Of a stretch of DNA of 64,000 nucleotides, positions 19,455-28,033 are shown piece by piece. Location of the stretch: contig CAWDXG010000001.1 in NCBI GenBank assembly GCA_963806225.1, forward strand, positions 1,088,001-1,152,000, written 5' to 3'. Source of the DNA: an uncultured delta proteobacterium (GTDB lineage: Bacteria > Myxococcota_A > Polyangia > Polyangiales > Polyangiaceae). A program made the translations under genes and the position numbers. Each line of letters opens with the position of its first letter. Position 1 is the stretch's first letter. The notes beneath the pieces were generated by a model. That model did no database searches, was not told the origin of the DNA, and was given only the letters and a program-made list of their open reading frames with translations.

Positions 19455-20801
19455 ATGTTGTTTCGTTCACTCGGGATAGGGATTGTGGTTTCAATGCTGC
19501 TCGTGTCGTGCGGGGGGAGCGGCGCGAGTGGCAACAACGGCACGGGCTATTACGGCCCGGGCACAGGAGGAACAAGCGGCTCGGGCGCAGGTGGTTCGGG
19601 CGCAGGCAGTGCAGGCGTAGGCGGTTCGAGCGCAGGAGCTGCGGGCGCAGCAGATGCCGGTACAGGCGGTGTGGGAACGGGCGGTTCGTCCAACACGGGC
19701 GGTTCGTCCAACACGGGCGGCGCGTCCAACACGGGCGGCGCGTCCAACACGGGCGGCGCGTCCAACACGGGCGGCGCGTCCAACACGGGCGGCGCGTCCA
19801 ACACGGGCGGCGCGTCCAACACGGGCGGCAGCGGCGGAGGCAGCTCCGAAAACCTGTGGCTGACCGGCGTGAACCTCGCGGGCGCGGATTTCGGTGACAC
19901 GGTTCTGCCGGGAACCTACGGCGTCAACTACATGTATCCGGACATCCAGGAGGTCTCGTACTTCAAGAGCGAGGGCATGACCATCCTGCGTATCCCGTTC
20001 CGTTGGGAACGCATGCAGCAATCGGCCCGTGCCCAGCTGGACCAGACCGAGCTCGGGCGTCTGGACGGAGTCGTGAAGCCCGCCACCCAGCAGGGTGAGC
20101 ACGTCATCCTCGACCCGCACAACTACGCCCGCTACTTCGGCAACATCATCGGCAGCGGTACCGTGTCGAACGCGGACTTTGCCGACTTCTGGTCGAAGCT
20201 CGCGACGCACTACAAGAACAATCCGCTGGTGGTCTTCGGCTTGATGAACGAGCCGCACGATTTCCCAACGACGCAGTGGCTCTCCGCTGCGAACGCCGCC
20301 ATCGCCGCGATCCGCAAGACCGGTGCGACCAACCTGATCCTGGTTCCGGGCAATGCCTGGACGGGAGCCGACACCTGGACCCAGCAGGGGTCGACCATGT
20401 CGAACAGCACCATCATGACCGGCGTCGTGGATCCCGGGGACAACTTCGCCTTCGAGTTCCACCAGTATCTCGACACCGACAGCTCCGGCACCGACCCGAA
20501 CTGCGTCAGCACCACGATCGGCGTGGAGCGCATCAAGGGGGCGACGGCGTGGCTCGAGAGCCACGGCTACAGGGGTTTCCTCGGCGAGTTCGCCGGTGGC
20601 GACAACGCCACCTGCAGGACGGCCGTGACGGGGATGCTCACGTACATAGCGAACCACCGGGACGCCTGGATGGGCTGGACCTGGTGGGCAGCGGGGCCGT
20701 GGTGGGGCTACCAGTGGTACACGCTGGAGCCGAACAACCTCGGCAGCGCGAACCCGCAGAACCAGCCGCAGCTCGCCTGGCTCTTGCCGTTCGAGAAGTA
20801 G
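19455..20801 (+). CDS. Glycoside hydrolase family 5 endoglucanase (lipoprotein)
   Basis: GVNLAGADFG, RIPFRWER, ILDPHNYARY, LMNEP (acid/base Glu), EFHQYLD, FLGEFAG (nucleophile), WTWWAAGPWW. Confidence 0.93.
   Translation: MLFRSLGIGIVVSMLLVSCGGSGASGNNGTGYYGPGTGGTSGSGAGGSGAGSAGVGGSSAGAAGAADAGTGGVGTGGSSNTGGSSNTGGASNTGGASNTGGASNTGGASNTGGASNTGGASNTGGSGGGSSENLWLTGVNLAGADFGDTVLPGTYGVNYMYPDIQEVSYFKSEGMTILRIPFRWERMQQSARAQLDQTELGRLDGVVKPATQQGEHVILDPHNYARYFGNIIGSGTVSNADFADFWSKLATHYKNNPLVVFGLMNEPHDFPTTQWLSAANAAIAAIRKTGATNLILVPGNAWTGADTWTQQGSTMSNSTIMTGVVDPGDNFAFEFHQYLDTDSSGTDPNCVSTTIGVERIKGATAWLESHGYRGFLGEFAGGDNATCRTAVTGMLTYIANHRDAWMGWTWWAAGPWWGYQWYTLEPNNLGSANPQNQPQLAWLLPFEK
19680..19823 (+). repeat. Intragenic 18-bp tandem repeat x8 (GG[S/A]SNT)
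   Basis: Two ggcggttcgtccaacacg units followed by six ggcggcgcgtccaacacg units. Confidence 0.95.
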
Positions 20802-20807
20802 CGAAAG

Positions 20808-20845
20808 CGGATAGGCGGCCGCGCCGGAGCGCGGCCGCCTATCCG
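20808..20845. terminator. Perfect 17-bp hairpin between convergent genes (probable bidirectional terminator or stabiliser)
   Basis: CGGATAGGCGGCCGCGC-cgga-GCGCGGCCGCCTATCCG; no U-tract. Confidence 0.65.
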
Positions 20846-21759
20846 ACTCCGGACGCGATCCGCTCCGATTCGTTCCAGAGCCGTTCGGCGAGCGCCGCGT
20901 CCCGCGCCAGGCGGGTCGGCGTAGCGACGTTGCAGTCGGCGAAGTACTCGCCCGACACGCCGGCGACGGCCGGATGCGCCGCGACGTAGCACTGGGTCGC
21001 CGCGCCCTGCGCGGCGTTCTTGAGGAACAGCGGGCCAACGAGGCCGAAGCCCGCGCGCGCGAAGCCGGGCAGGTGGCGCCCGAGATTGGTGGCGATGACG
21101 CCCGGGTGTACGGCATTGGCCGTGCGCTTCGACTCGCCGAAACGCCGCGCCAGCTCCTTGGCGAAGAGCAGATTGGCGAGCTTCGACTGGCCGTACGCGG
21201 TGAACCCGTTGTAGCCGCGCTCGCCCGACAGGTTGTCGAACTGGATGCCCTCGCGCGGCGCGCGCCGGTGCGCCGTGCTGCTGAGCATGACGACGCGCCC
21301 GTCCTCCGCCAGCTGGTCGACGAGCCCGGTGACGAGGATGAAGTGTCCGATGTGGTTCGTGAAGAACTGCAGCTCGTAGCCGAACGCCTGCTCGAGCTTC
21401 GGCAGCGCCATGATCCCGGCGTTGCAGATGACCGCGTCGAGTCGCGCGCCGTCGCGCTTCACCGCCTCGACCGAGGCGCGCACACTCGCCGGATCCGATA
21501 GCTCGCAGGCGACGGGCAGCGGCTCGCTCCCGAGGCCCTGGCAGGCTGCGCGCGCCTTGTCTTCCGTGCGCGCGGCCGCGATCACGCGCGCGCCGCGACT
21601 CGACAGCACGCGTAGCGTCTCGAGCCCCAGGCCCGAGTTGCAGCCGGTGAGCAGGATGGTCCGTCCCGCGAGATCGAGCCCCTCGGTGACCTGCTCGGCG
21701 GTCGAGCCGTAGCCGAAGCCGCTCGACCCTTTCCCCTTGAAGAAGCTGTACAGGGACAT
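20839..21759 (-). CDS. Short-chain dehydrogenase/reductase (WWOX/retinol dehydrogenase-like)
   Basis: TGCNSGLG, CNAGIM, TNHIGHF, YGQSK, VHPGVI. Confidence 0.92.
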   Translation of the reverse strand: MSLYSFFKGKGSSGFGYGSTAEQVTEGLDLAGRTILLTGCNSGLGLETLRVLSSRGARVIAAARTEDKARAACQGLGSEPLPVACELSDPASVRASVEAVKRDGARLDAVICNAGIMALPKLEQAFGYELQFFTNHIGHFILVTGLVDQLAEDGRVVMLSSTAHRRAPREGIQFDNLSGERGYNGFTAYGQSKLANLLFAKELARRFGESKRTANAVHPGVIATNLGRHLPGFARAGFGLVGPLFLKNAAQGAATQCYVAAHPAVAGVSGEYFADCNVATPTRLARDAALAERLWNESERIASGVG

Positions 21760-21763
21760 GGGA

Positions 21764-22729
21764 CTACTTGGACGGCGCGCAGGTGGAAACCCCCGCACCG
21801 ACGATCGTGTGGCTCGTCTTGGCCACGAGCGGTGGCGTGGTGCTGCCGCCCGGCGTGTACTTGTGGACGACGGAGCTGCCCTGCGCCTGGGACGTGAACG
21901 TGTAGAAATCGCCGCCCCAGAAGGCAAAGGCCCACGCGGTGAACTGGCTCTGCTGCAGATCGATGAGCGTGTCGCTCTTGATCGCCGCGGTGGTCTTGTC
22001 GATCTCGGCGATGTGGGAGTTGGGCGAGCCCGGCCCGAAACCGAACAGGCGCCCGTCGCCGGTGCCGGTGAGCTCCGGATTGCCGATCGCCTGCGTGAAG
22101 GGCGCGACCACCGAGAGATTGAAGGTGTTCACGTCGATGGTGGCCAGCGCGGTCGCGCTGCCGCTGAAGTTATCCCCGGCGACGTACAACGTTTCGCCCG
22201 GGTCATTCGTGTTGGACGAGAAGCCCATACCGAAAGTCGTGGGGAAACCGTTCTGTCCCGGGGCGAAGCCGGTGGGCTTGCACGACGCGGTGAGCGTACT
22301 GATCCGGAACACCTCGCCCTGGGAAAACAGCACGTAGGCGATTCCGTCCCTGTCGACTGCCATGGAGAACGGCGAGTCGTTGAACCCGGAGGGACAGTTG
22401 ATGGTCCCGATCTTCGTGAAGTGCAGGGTCGGTGGATAGAAGCGCAGCAGCTCGTTTTCGGACGAGATCAGGTAGATGTAGGTGATACCCGCTTCTTCGC
22501 AGCTCGTGTGGTGCACGTCGGGTGCCGCGTCGAACACGTCGGGTGCCGCGTCGGACACGTCGGGTGCCGCGTCGGACACGTCGGGTGCCGCGTCGGATAC
22601 GTCGGGCCCCGCGTCGGATACGTCGGGCCCCGCGTCGGGCGGTGGCTCGTGCAATCCGGTGCGGGCACCGCAGGCGAGGGTCAGGAACGCTGCGGCGACG
22701 AGGGCGAAACGCCTGTTCACGGCGCGCAT
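21764..22729 (-). CDS. Lipoprotein with PDVSDAA linker and beta-propeller-like domain
   Basis: Lipobox TLAC; AFAFWGGDFY...IVGAGVSTCAP ending typical of myxobacterial lipoproteins. Confidence 0.8.
   Translation of the reverse strand: MRAVNRRFALVAAAFLTLACGARTGLHEPPPDAGPDVSDAGPDVSDAAPDVSDAAPDVSDAAPDVFDAAPDVHHTSCEEAGITYIYLISSENELLRFYPPTLHFTKIGTINCPSGFNDSPFSMAVDRDGIAYVLFSQGEVFRISTLTASCKPTGFAPGQNGFPTTFGMGFSSNTNDPGETLYVAGDNFSGSATALATIDVNTFNLSVVAPFTQAIGNPELTGTGDGRLFGFGPGSPNSHIAEIDKTTAAIKSDTLIDLQQSQFTAWAFAFWGGDFYTFTSQAQGSSVVHKYTPGGSTTPPLVAKTSHTIVGAGVSTCAPSK
22514..22638 (-). repeat. Intragenic 21-bp tandem repeat x6 (DA[A/G]PDV[S/F])
   Basis: Repeating cacgtcgggtgccgcgtcgga variants on the plus strand. 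Confidence 0.9.
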
Positions 22730-22809
22730 GCTCGTGCGGTCCGCCTTCCCGGTCAACCTGGATCCGCGGACAGCACGGAAACCCCGCGCCGGGAGCGTCG
22801 GGCTCCGGG

Positions 22810-23229
22810 CTAGCAGCCCCCGAGGAACCGCTCGAGCTTGTCGATGGCAGCGTTGGTCCGCGCGTCGTTCGCCGACCCATGCACCAGCACGGGCTTTTGC
22901 GACGCCTTGAAGACGTCGACCAGCTCGGCGAGCTGCTGCTCGGTCACGGCCGGATCGCGTCCGGGCTCCACCGGGACGTGTCGAACCGCGAGCCCGCGCG
23001 AACGGTAGAACCCGAGCAGTCCACCGACGACCGCGAGTGCCGTGGCGTAGGTGCCGAGCTCGGGCTCCGACAGGAGACAGAGCACCGTACAGATCCCCAG
23101 ACTGCGCGCTTCACGCACCCAGTCCTCCACCTCGACGCGCGACACCGTGCTCTTCGGGAAGCCCGGCCGCGGCGCGCGGGCCAGCACTCTGGAGACGCTC
23201 CATTCGATCACGACGACCTGCTCGGTCAA
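22810..23229 (-). CDS. PTP/dual-specificity phosphatase-fold protein lacking the catalytic Cys
   Basis: LARAPRPG, GICTVLCLLSEPEL, VRHVPV, KPVLVHGSANDART (expected HCxxGxxRT). Confidence 0.75.
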   Translation of the reverse strand: MTEQVVVIEWSVSRVLARAPRPGFPKSTVSRVEVEDWVREARSLGICTVLCLLSEPELGTYATALAVVGGLLGFYRSRGLAVRHVPVEPGRDPAVTEQQLAELVDVFKASQKPVLVHGSANDARTNAAIDKLERFLGGC

Positions 23230-23272
23230 CGTAATACCGGAGTTGCGGAATTCCAGTGTGGGACTGGCGACT

Positions 23273-23288
23273 ATTGATCCGCGTCAAT
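23273..23288. promoter_or_regulatory. FNR/Crp-family box candidate
   Basis: ATTGATCCGCGTCAAT (TTGAT-N4-GTCAA), about 45 bp upstream of the pseudophosphatase start. Confidence 0.5.
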
Positions 23289-23342
23289 GGTCATTTGGAC
23301 GACGGATCGGAGATTTGCGTCTCCAGCGAGTAGCCGGAGGAG

Positions 23343-23651
23343 TCAGGACGCACGCAGGCGCGACGCGATCGTCTTTCGCAGCTCGAGCTGCCGGGTGCTT
23401 CGCAGAGGCGCGCCGTCGAACTCGACCACTTCGTACTCATGCAGCGCGCGACGCGGGGTGGTGCGCAAGCGGACGCGCACCACCTGGACCCGCAGATCGA
23501 ACAAGGTCGATTCCACCGTGCAGGCCACGTCGTCCTCGAGCGGTGCGTCGATCTCGAGCACCGAGAGCGGGCCGGCGACCGCGTCGTGGACCGCGACTGT
23601 CGCTTCGGAGTGGACGGAGGGACGGGAGGAACGTCCGCTGGGCGTTGTCAT
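23343..23651 (-). CDS. Stand-alone ACT-like domain protein (resembles the GlnD C-terminal ACT domain)
   Basis: LSVLEIDA...TLFDLRVQVV...YEVVEFDGAPL pattern. Confidence 0.55.
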   Translation of the reverse strand: MTTPSGRSSRPSVHSEATVAVHDAVAGPLSVLEIDAPLEDDVACTVESTLFDLRVQVVRVRLRTTPRRALHEYEVVEFDGAPLRSTRQLELRKTIASRLRAS

Positions 23652-23699
23652 GGAGGTTCCTGGGGTTCGCCGGCAGCAGAGCCCGGCGGGCGCTCGATG

Positions 23700-23715
23700 A
23701 GCAAGCGCCGTGCCG
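23700..23715 (-). promoter_or_regulatory. Sigma-54 promoter candidate for the ACT-like gene
   Basis: Minus strand reads CGGCACGGCGCTTGCT. Confidence 0.55.
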
Positions 23716-23825
23716 CGTCGAGACGGCGCGATTTCCGCACGATCCGCTGCGCGAGCGTGGGGCGTTGTGCGCCATGCGAGGCGTTTGTACGCATCTTGCC
23801 CACCTTCGGCGCAGTAGCGTCGAAG

Positions 23826-24698
23826 TCAGGGCTGCCAGCGCGGGTCGTCCCGGACGATCCAGTCGAACGCCGCCCTCACGCGTCCGGCGACGCGTCCGGC
23901 CGGCGTGTGCCCCGCGCCGGCCGCGTACTCGATGTGTGTCGCTACGCCGCCGCGCTCGAGCCAGCTGCGCGCGCGGCGTGCGTCCTCGTCGCACACGCGT
24001 CGGCCGCACACGAATGCCACCCGTTGCCCGCCGCCTTCGTGCCAGCGGCGCGCTGTCGGGATGTCCCAGTCGTGACCGCCCTCCACCAGCACCAGCCGCG
24101 GAAACAGATCCGGGTGCCGGTGCGCCATCAACGCGCCCATGATGGCGCCCTGCGAGTAGCCCGCGTACACGGCGGGTCCCGGGTCGACGCGCGGGTAGGT
24201 GGCGCGCACGGCCTGCACCGCGGCGAGCACTTCGCGCTCCAGTGCCGGATCGTCTTTGAAGAAGTAGCCGCTGTCCGTGTGCGGATTGATGCGCGTGCCG
24301 CGCGGGCAGAGGACGAAGCCGCGCGCGCGCGTGATGCCGCGCCAGAGCTCGCAGTGCCAGCTGGCGTGTCCGCCGGCGCCGTGCGAGACGACGAGCAACG
24401 GCCGCGCGTCACGCCCGGCGGGCACCCAGAGCCGGGCGGGCTGGTGTCCGGGAACGGGCAGATCGGTGAAGTGCGCCAGCGCGGGCGGCGCGGGGGGCGC
24501 GCTCGGCGCTGATGGCGCGCCCGGCGCCGACGCGTGGCGCGTGCCCTTCGCCGGCGGTGTGCTCTGCGGGTTGCCCGGCGCGCTCGCGGCGCTCGCATGC
24601 GCGCGCTTCGGGACGGCGGGCTCTGCCGGCGGCCGCTGCGCGGCGCACGCGATGGCCGCGCACGCCGCTGCGACGAGGGGCAGCCGGCGGAGCAACAT
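23826..24698 (-). CDS. Alpha/beta-hydrolase lipoprotein
   Basis: Lipobox AIAC; HGAGG, GYSQG nucleophile elbow, C-terminal AGH. Confidence 0.8.
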   Translation of the reverse strand: MLLRRLPLVAAACAAIACAAQRPPAEPAVPKRAHASAASAPGNPQSTPPAKGTRHASAPGAPSAPSAPPAPPALAHFTDLPVPGHQPARLWVPAGRDARPLLVVSHGAGGHASWHCELWRGITRARGFVLCPRGTRINPHTDSGYFFKDDPALEREVLAAVQAVRATYPRVDPGPAVYAGYSQGAIMGALMAHRHPDLFPRLVLVEGGHDWDIPTARRWHEGGGQRVAFVCGRRVCDEDARRARSWLERGGVATHIEYAAGAGHTPAGRVAGRVRAAFDWIVRDDPRWQP

Positions 24699-24974
24699 GC
24701 CGCGAGTCTACGCGCTCCGAGCGCGCCGTCCCCACGACGCGTCACGCTCATCCCGGAAAGTTCGCGCCCCGCGCGATCCCCGCGCGCTGCGCGCAGGACG
24801 GCACCTGGATACGCGTTCGATCGCGGGCCCGCGGTTTTGAAGGTCCGCGCAGCAAGTGGCGGATACGTCCGAGCTCGTAGCTTGTGCTACGAGTTTGCTC
24901 CCACGGCCCCGCCTTGCGGGCCCGCCGGCCGAGGCCGGCCCAACCCCCCTCCAACCCCTCCAGGAAGTCAGTCG

Positions 24975-25547
24975 ATGACCCACGGACGTTTTTCGGTTCG
25001 GCGCGCTACGCGCGCCTCGCTTTTGTCTGCACTGATGCTCGTGTTCCCGCTGGCCCTCGCCGGAACCACAGGTTGTGGCGGCGCGATGGGCTCGGGTGGC
25101 GGCGCGAAGTCGGCAGAAGACAATCCCATCATCGGCCAGAAGGTTCCCGAGTTCCAACTTCCCGCCCAGTACGGCGCCGACAGCGTTTCGCCGTCGGAAG
25201 CCGACGGCAAGGTCCTGATCGTCGACTTCTGGGCGACCTGGTGCGCGCCCTGCAAGGACTCGTTCCCCGCCTACCAGAAGCTGCTCGACAAGTTCGGCGA
25301 CAAGCTGATGGTGATCGGCGTCAGCGTGGACGACGACCCGAGCGGCATCAAGGACTTCGCCAAGGACACCGGCGTGAAGTTCCCGCTCGCCTGGGACAAG
25401 GGCCAGACCGTGGCCGGCCGCTACAAGCCCGGCACCATGCCCACCAGCTATATCGTCGACCAGAACGGCATTGTCCGCTACGTCCACTCCGGCTTCCACG
25501 CGGGCGACGAGAAGGAGCTCGCGAAGCAGATCCAGTCGTTGATGTAG
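24975..25547 (+). CDS. TlpA-like thiol-disulfide oxidoreductase lipoprotein
   Basis: VDFWATWCAPC, MPTSYIVD. Confidence 0.92.
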   Translation: MTHGRFSVRRATRASLLSALMLVFPLALAGTTGCGGAMGSGGGAKSAEDNPIIGQKVPEFQLPAQYGADSVSPSEADGKVLIVDFWATWCAPCKDSFPAYQKLLDKFGDKLMVIGVSVDDDPSGIKDFAKDTGVKFPLAWDKGQTVAGRYKPGTMPTSYIVDQNGIVRYVHSGFHAGDEKELAKQIQSLM

Positions 25548-25626
25548 GCCGGGTCTTCGGGGCGGGGGCGCTTCCCCTGGGACTCCGCCAGCCGATCGCG
25601 TAGTATCGCGCTCGGAAGGGGTACCT

Positions 25627-26562
25627 ATGCGCATTCGTTTCTTGATCCTGGGGAGCCTGGTTTCGCTGTGCGCGCTGGCGCTGACGAGCGCGTGCAGCAG
25701 CAGCAGTAGTGGCGGCAACGGCGGCGGCAGCGGCGACTGCAACGTGGTTGCCTCCACCGCCTGCAGCAAGCTCGAGCAGTGCTCGCCGCTCGCCATCAAG
25801 CTCAGCTACGGTGACAAGCAGACTTGCGTCACCCGCATCGCGATGAGCTGCGCTGCCGGAACGACCGCGCCCGGCGCGTCGGTGACGCCCGCCCAGTTCG
25901 GCGCCTGCGCGCGGGCTTTCTCCCAGGTCGCCTGCAAGGACCTCATGAGCGGCAACTTCGCGCCGGCGGCCTGCACCATCAAGGGCTCGCTGGCCAACGG
26001 CAAGGCCTGCGGCTCGGCCGACCAGTGCAAGAGCGGCTACTGCGGCGCCTCGAGCAGCATGTGCGGTACCTGCGGCGCGATCGGTGCCGCCGGCGCAACG
26101 TGCACGTCCAGCGACGGGTGCGAGAGCGGTCTGGCGTGCAACAGCAAGGGCGTGTGCGCGACGCCAGCCGCAGCCGGCGGCAGCTGCACCGACATGCGCG
26201 ATTGCGCGGCCGGGTTGGCGTGCACCTCGGGCACGTGCGCCCAGCCCGTAGCGGCCGGCGGCACCTGCACCGGCGGCGACTGCGATCAGCTGGCGGGCGC
26301 CTTCTGCAACCCGCAGACCAAGATCTGCGAGACGATCCAGACGGCGGACGCGGGCCAGCCCTGCGGACTCATCAACGGCGGCTACGTCAGCTGCAACGCC
26401 GCCGGTCACTGCTCGATTCCCCAGGGTCAGTCCCAGGGCACCTGCCAGGCCCACGCCGCCGACGGCGCCTCCTGCGACGACACCAACGGCCCCAGCTGCC
26501 TGTCGCCTGCGCTCTGCCTCAACGGCAAGTGCACGCTGCCGGATCCGTCCAGCTGCAAGTAG
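25627..26562 (+). CDS. Cys-rich lipoprotein
   Basis: Lipobox TSAC; repeated GxxCxxxxxCxSGxC units. Confidence 0.85.
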   Translation: MRIRFLILGSLVSLCALALTSACSSSSSGGNGGGSGDCNVVASTACSKLEQCSPLAIKLSYGDKQTCVTRIAMSCAAGTTAPGASVTPAQFGACARAFSQVACKDLMSGNFAPAACTIKGSLANGKACGSADQCKSGYCGASSSMCGTCGAIGAAGATCTSSDGCESGLACNSKGVCATPAAAGGSCTDMRDCAAGLACTSGTCAQPVAAGGTCTGGDCDQLAGAFCNPQTKICETIQTADAGQPCGLINGGYVSCNAAGHCSIPQGQSQGTCQAHAADGASCDDTNGPSCLSPALCLNGKCTLPDPSSCK

Positions 26563-26660
26563 TGCGGCGGGGGGGCAAAGCCGCCCGCTCCCCCCACGCG
26601 ATTCCGGTCGAGCTGGCACTGCACATTGACGGCGCTCTCCATATGGAGCGACCGTGAGTC

Positions 26661-27056
26661 ATGCGAGTGCTGGACGTCACCGTCGACGGAGGAGCCGGAT
26701 TGGCAATCGCCCCGACGAACGGAGGCGAGGACATCGCCTTCCACGCTGGCAGCATCTTCTTCAGGACCAAGGACTCCATCATCAAGGCGCTTGGCGGCAG
26801 CCCACAGACGACGCTCGCCACCGGCCAGACCCGCCCCATCACGCTCGCCGTCGACGACACGAACGTCTACTGGATCGACCAGACCAGTGGCTACGCCACG
26901 CCCGCCGTCGGCTCGATCCTGAAGGTCCCCATCGCCGGCGGCACCCCCACCGTCCTCGCCACCGGCCAGGACGAACCCGTCGACATCGCCGTCGACGACA
27001 AGAGCGTCTACTGGCTCGAACGCGCCGGCCACATCGTGAAGCTGACGCCGAAGTGA
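26661..27056 (+). CDS. Partial beta-propeller repeat protein (probably N-terminally truncated)
   Basis: Repeats LATGQ..P..[LI]AVDD..VYW; no signal peptide and too few blades. Confidence 0.55.
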   Translation: MRVLDVTVDGGAGLAIAPTNGGEDIAFHAGSIFFRTKDSIIKALGGSPQTTLATGQTRPITLAVDDTNVYWIDQTSGYATPAVGSILKVPIAGGTPTVLATGQDEPVDIAVDDKSVYWLERAGHIVKLTPK

Positions 27057-27102
27057 GGGGTGCGCGTGCCTGTCCCGCGGTGGGCGGCGCGAACGCGTGA
27101 GG

Positions 27103-27313
27103 TTACTTCGCCGCCGGGTCCTGCACGCGGCCCATGAACAGGACCAGGTCGGTCTTGTGGTCGCGGATGAAGAAGAGGAACGGGTGGTCGGCCTTGAAGA
27201 CGACGGCCTTCGGAGCTTGGTGGGTTGGCGATGGCGGTGAAGTCGGCCTTGTCCCGGTCGAAGGCCAGCGGCATCCCGAGCTCCGTCAGAGCGTCGCGGA
27301 GCGACAGCGATGT
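27103..27313 (-). pseudogene. Serpin C-terminal remnant
   Basis: SLRDALTELGMPLAFDRDKADFTAI in one frame, then VFKADHPFLFFIRDHKTDLVLFMGRVQDP* (serpin signature) in another; signature segment absent from the ORF track. Confidence 0.85.
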
Positions 27314-27348
27314 CTGTGAGCTCGAGCATCTGCTAGATTCCGGATGTC

Positions 27349-27972
27349 ATGCGTATCCGAGGGGGATGGGTTGTGTTGGGTCTCCTGCTCGCTGCCGGTT
27401 GCGGCGGCTCTGTCGTGGCGGGCAACCCTGCGAGCTCCAGCGGTGGCGCTGCAGGTGGCGGCGTGGGCGGCCCCGCGAGCTCCAGCGGTGGCGCTGCAGG
27501 CAGTGGCACGGGCGCCGGCGGAAGCGTGAGCGTGGACGCGGGCGGTCCGGGCGGTCCGGGCTCCGGCGGAAGCGTGAGCGTGGACGCGGGCGGTCCGGGC
27601 GGTCCGGGCTCCGGTCACTGTACCGATCCCGCCGACATGGCCGCGTACAACGCGACCTATCCAATTGGGAACGGCGCAACGGGCTCCGTCGACGACATCG
27701 CCAAGGACTGCATGCTCGGGGGCTGCCTCAACCAGGCGGATCCCGATCAGTGCACGCTGTCCTGCATCGAGACAAGCACGAACAACGCATTCTCCCACGC
27801 GTGCGCTGCGTGTTTCGTGCACACGCTGAGCTGCGGCTTGAAGAATTGCGTTGCCGACTGTCTGAACAGCGCCGCCCAGTGCACGGCTTGTGAGTGCGCG
27901 TACGGCTGCATCCCCCAGAAAGTGCAGTGCACCGGCATCCCCGACAACAGCTGCGCCACGGGCGGCGGGTGA
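27349..27972 (+). CDS. Cys-rich lipoprotein with duplicated linker segments
   Basis: Lipobox AAGC; PASSSGGAAG x2 and GGSVSVDAGGPGGPGS x2; CxxC-rich helical C-terminus. Confidence 0.8.
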   Translation: MRIRGGWVVLGLLLAAGCGGSVVAGNPASSSGGAAGGGVGGPASSSGGAAGSGTGAGGSVSVDAGGPGGPGSGGSVSVDAGGPGGPGSGHCTDPADMAAYNATYPIGNGATGSVDDIAKDCMLGGCLNQADPDQCTLSCIETSTNNAFSHACAACFVHTLSCGLKNCVADCLNSAAQCTACECAYGCIPQKVQCTGIPDNSCATGGG

Positions 27973-28033
27973 GCGCCGGAGAGCTCCGCCGCCACGAACA
28001 CGACCGAGCCGCGGCGGCGCGCGGGGCTGGGTC

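Noticed and set aside
12621..22638. Tandem repeats at 12.6, 19.7 and 22.5 kb as CRISPR or non-coding arrays
   Set aside because: Unit lengths are multiples of three with no spacers; they encode linkers inside lipoproteins.
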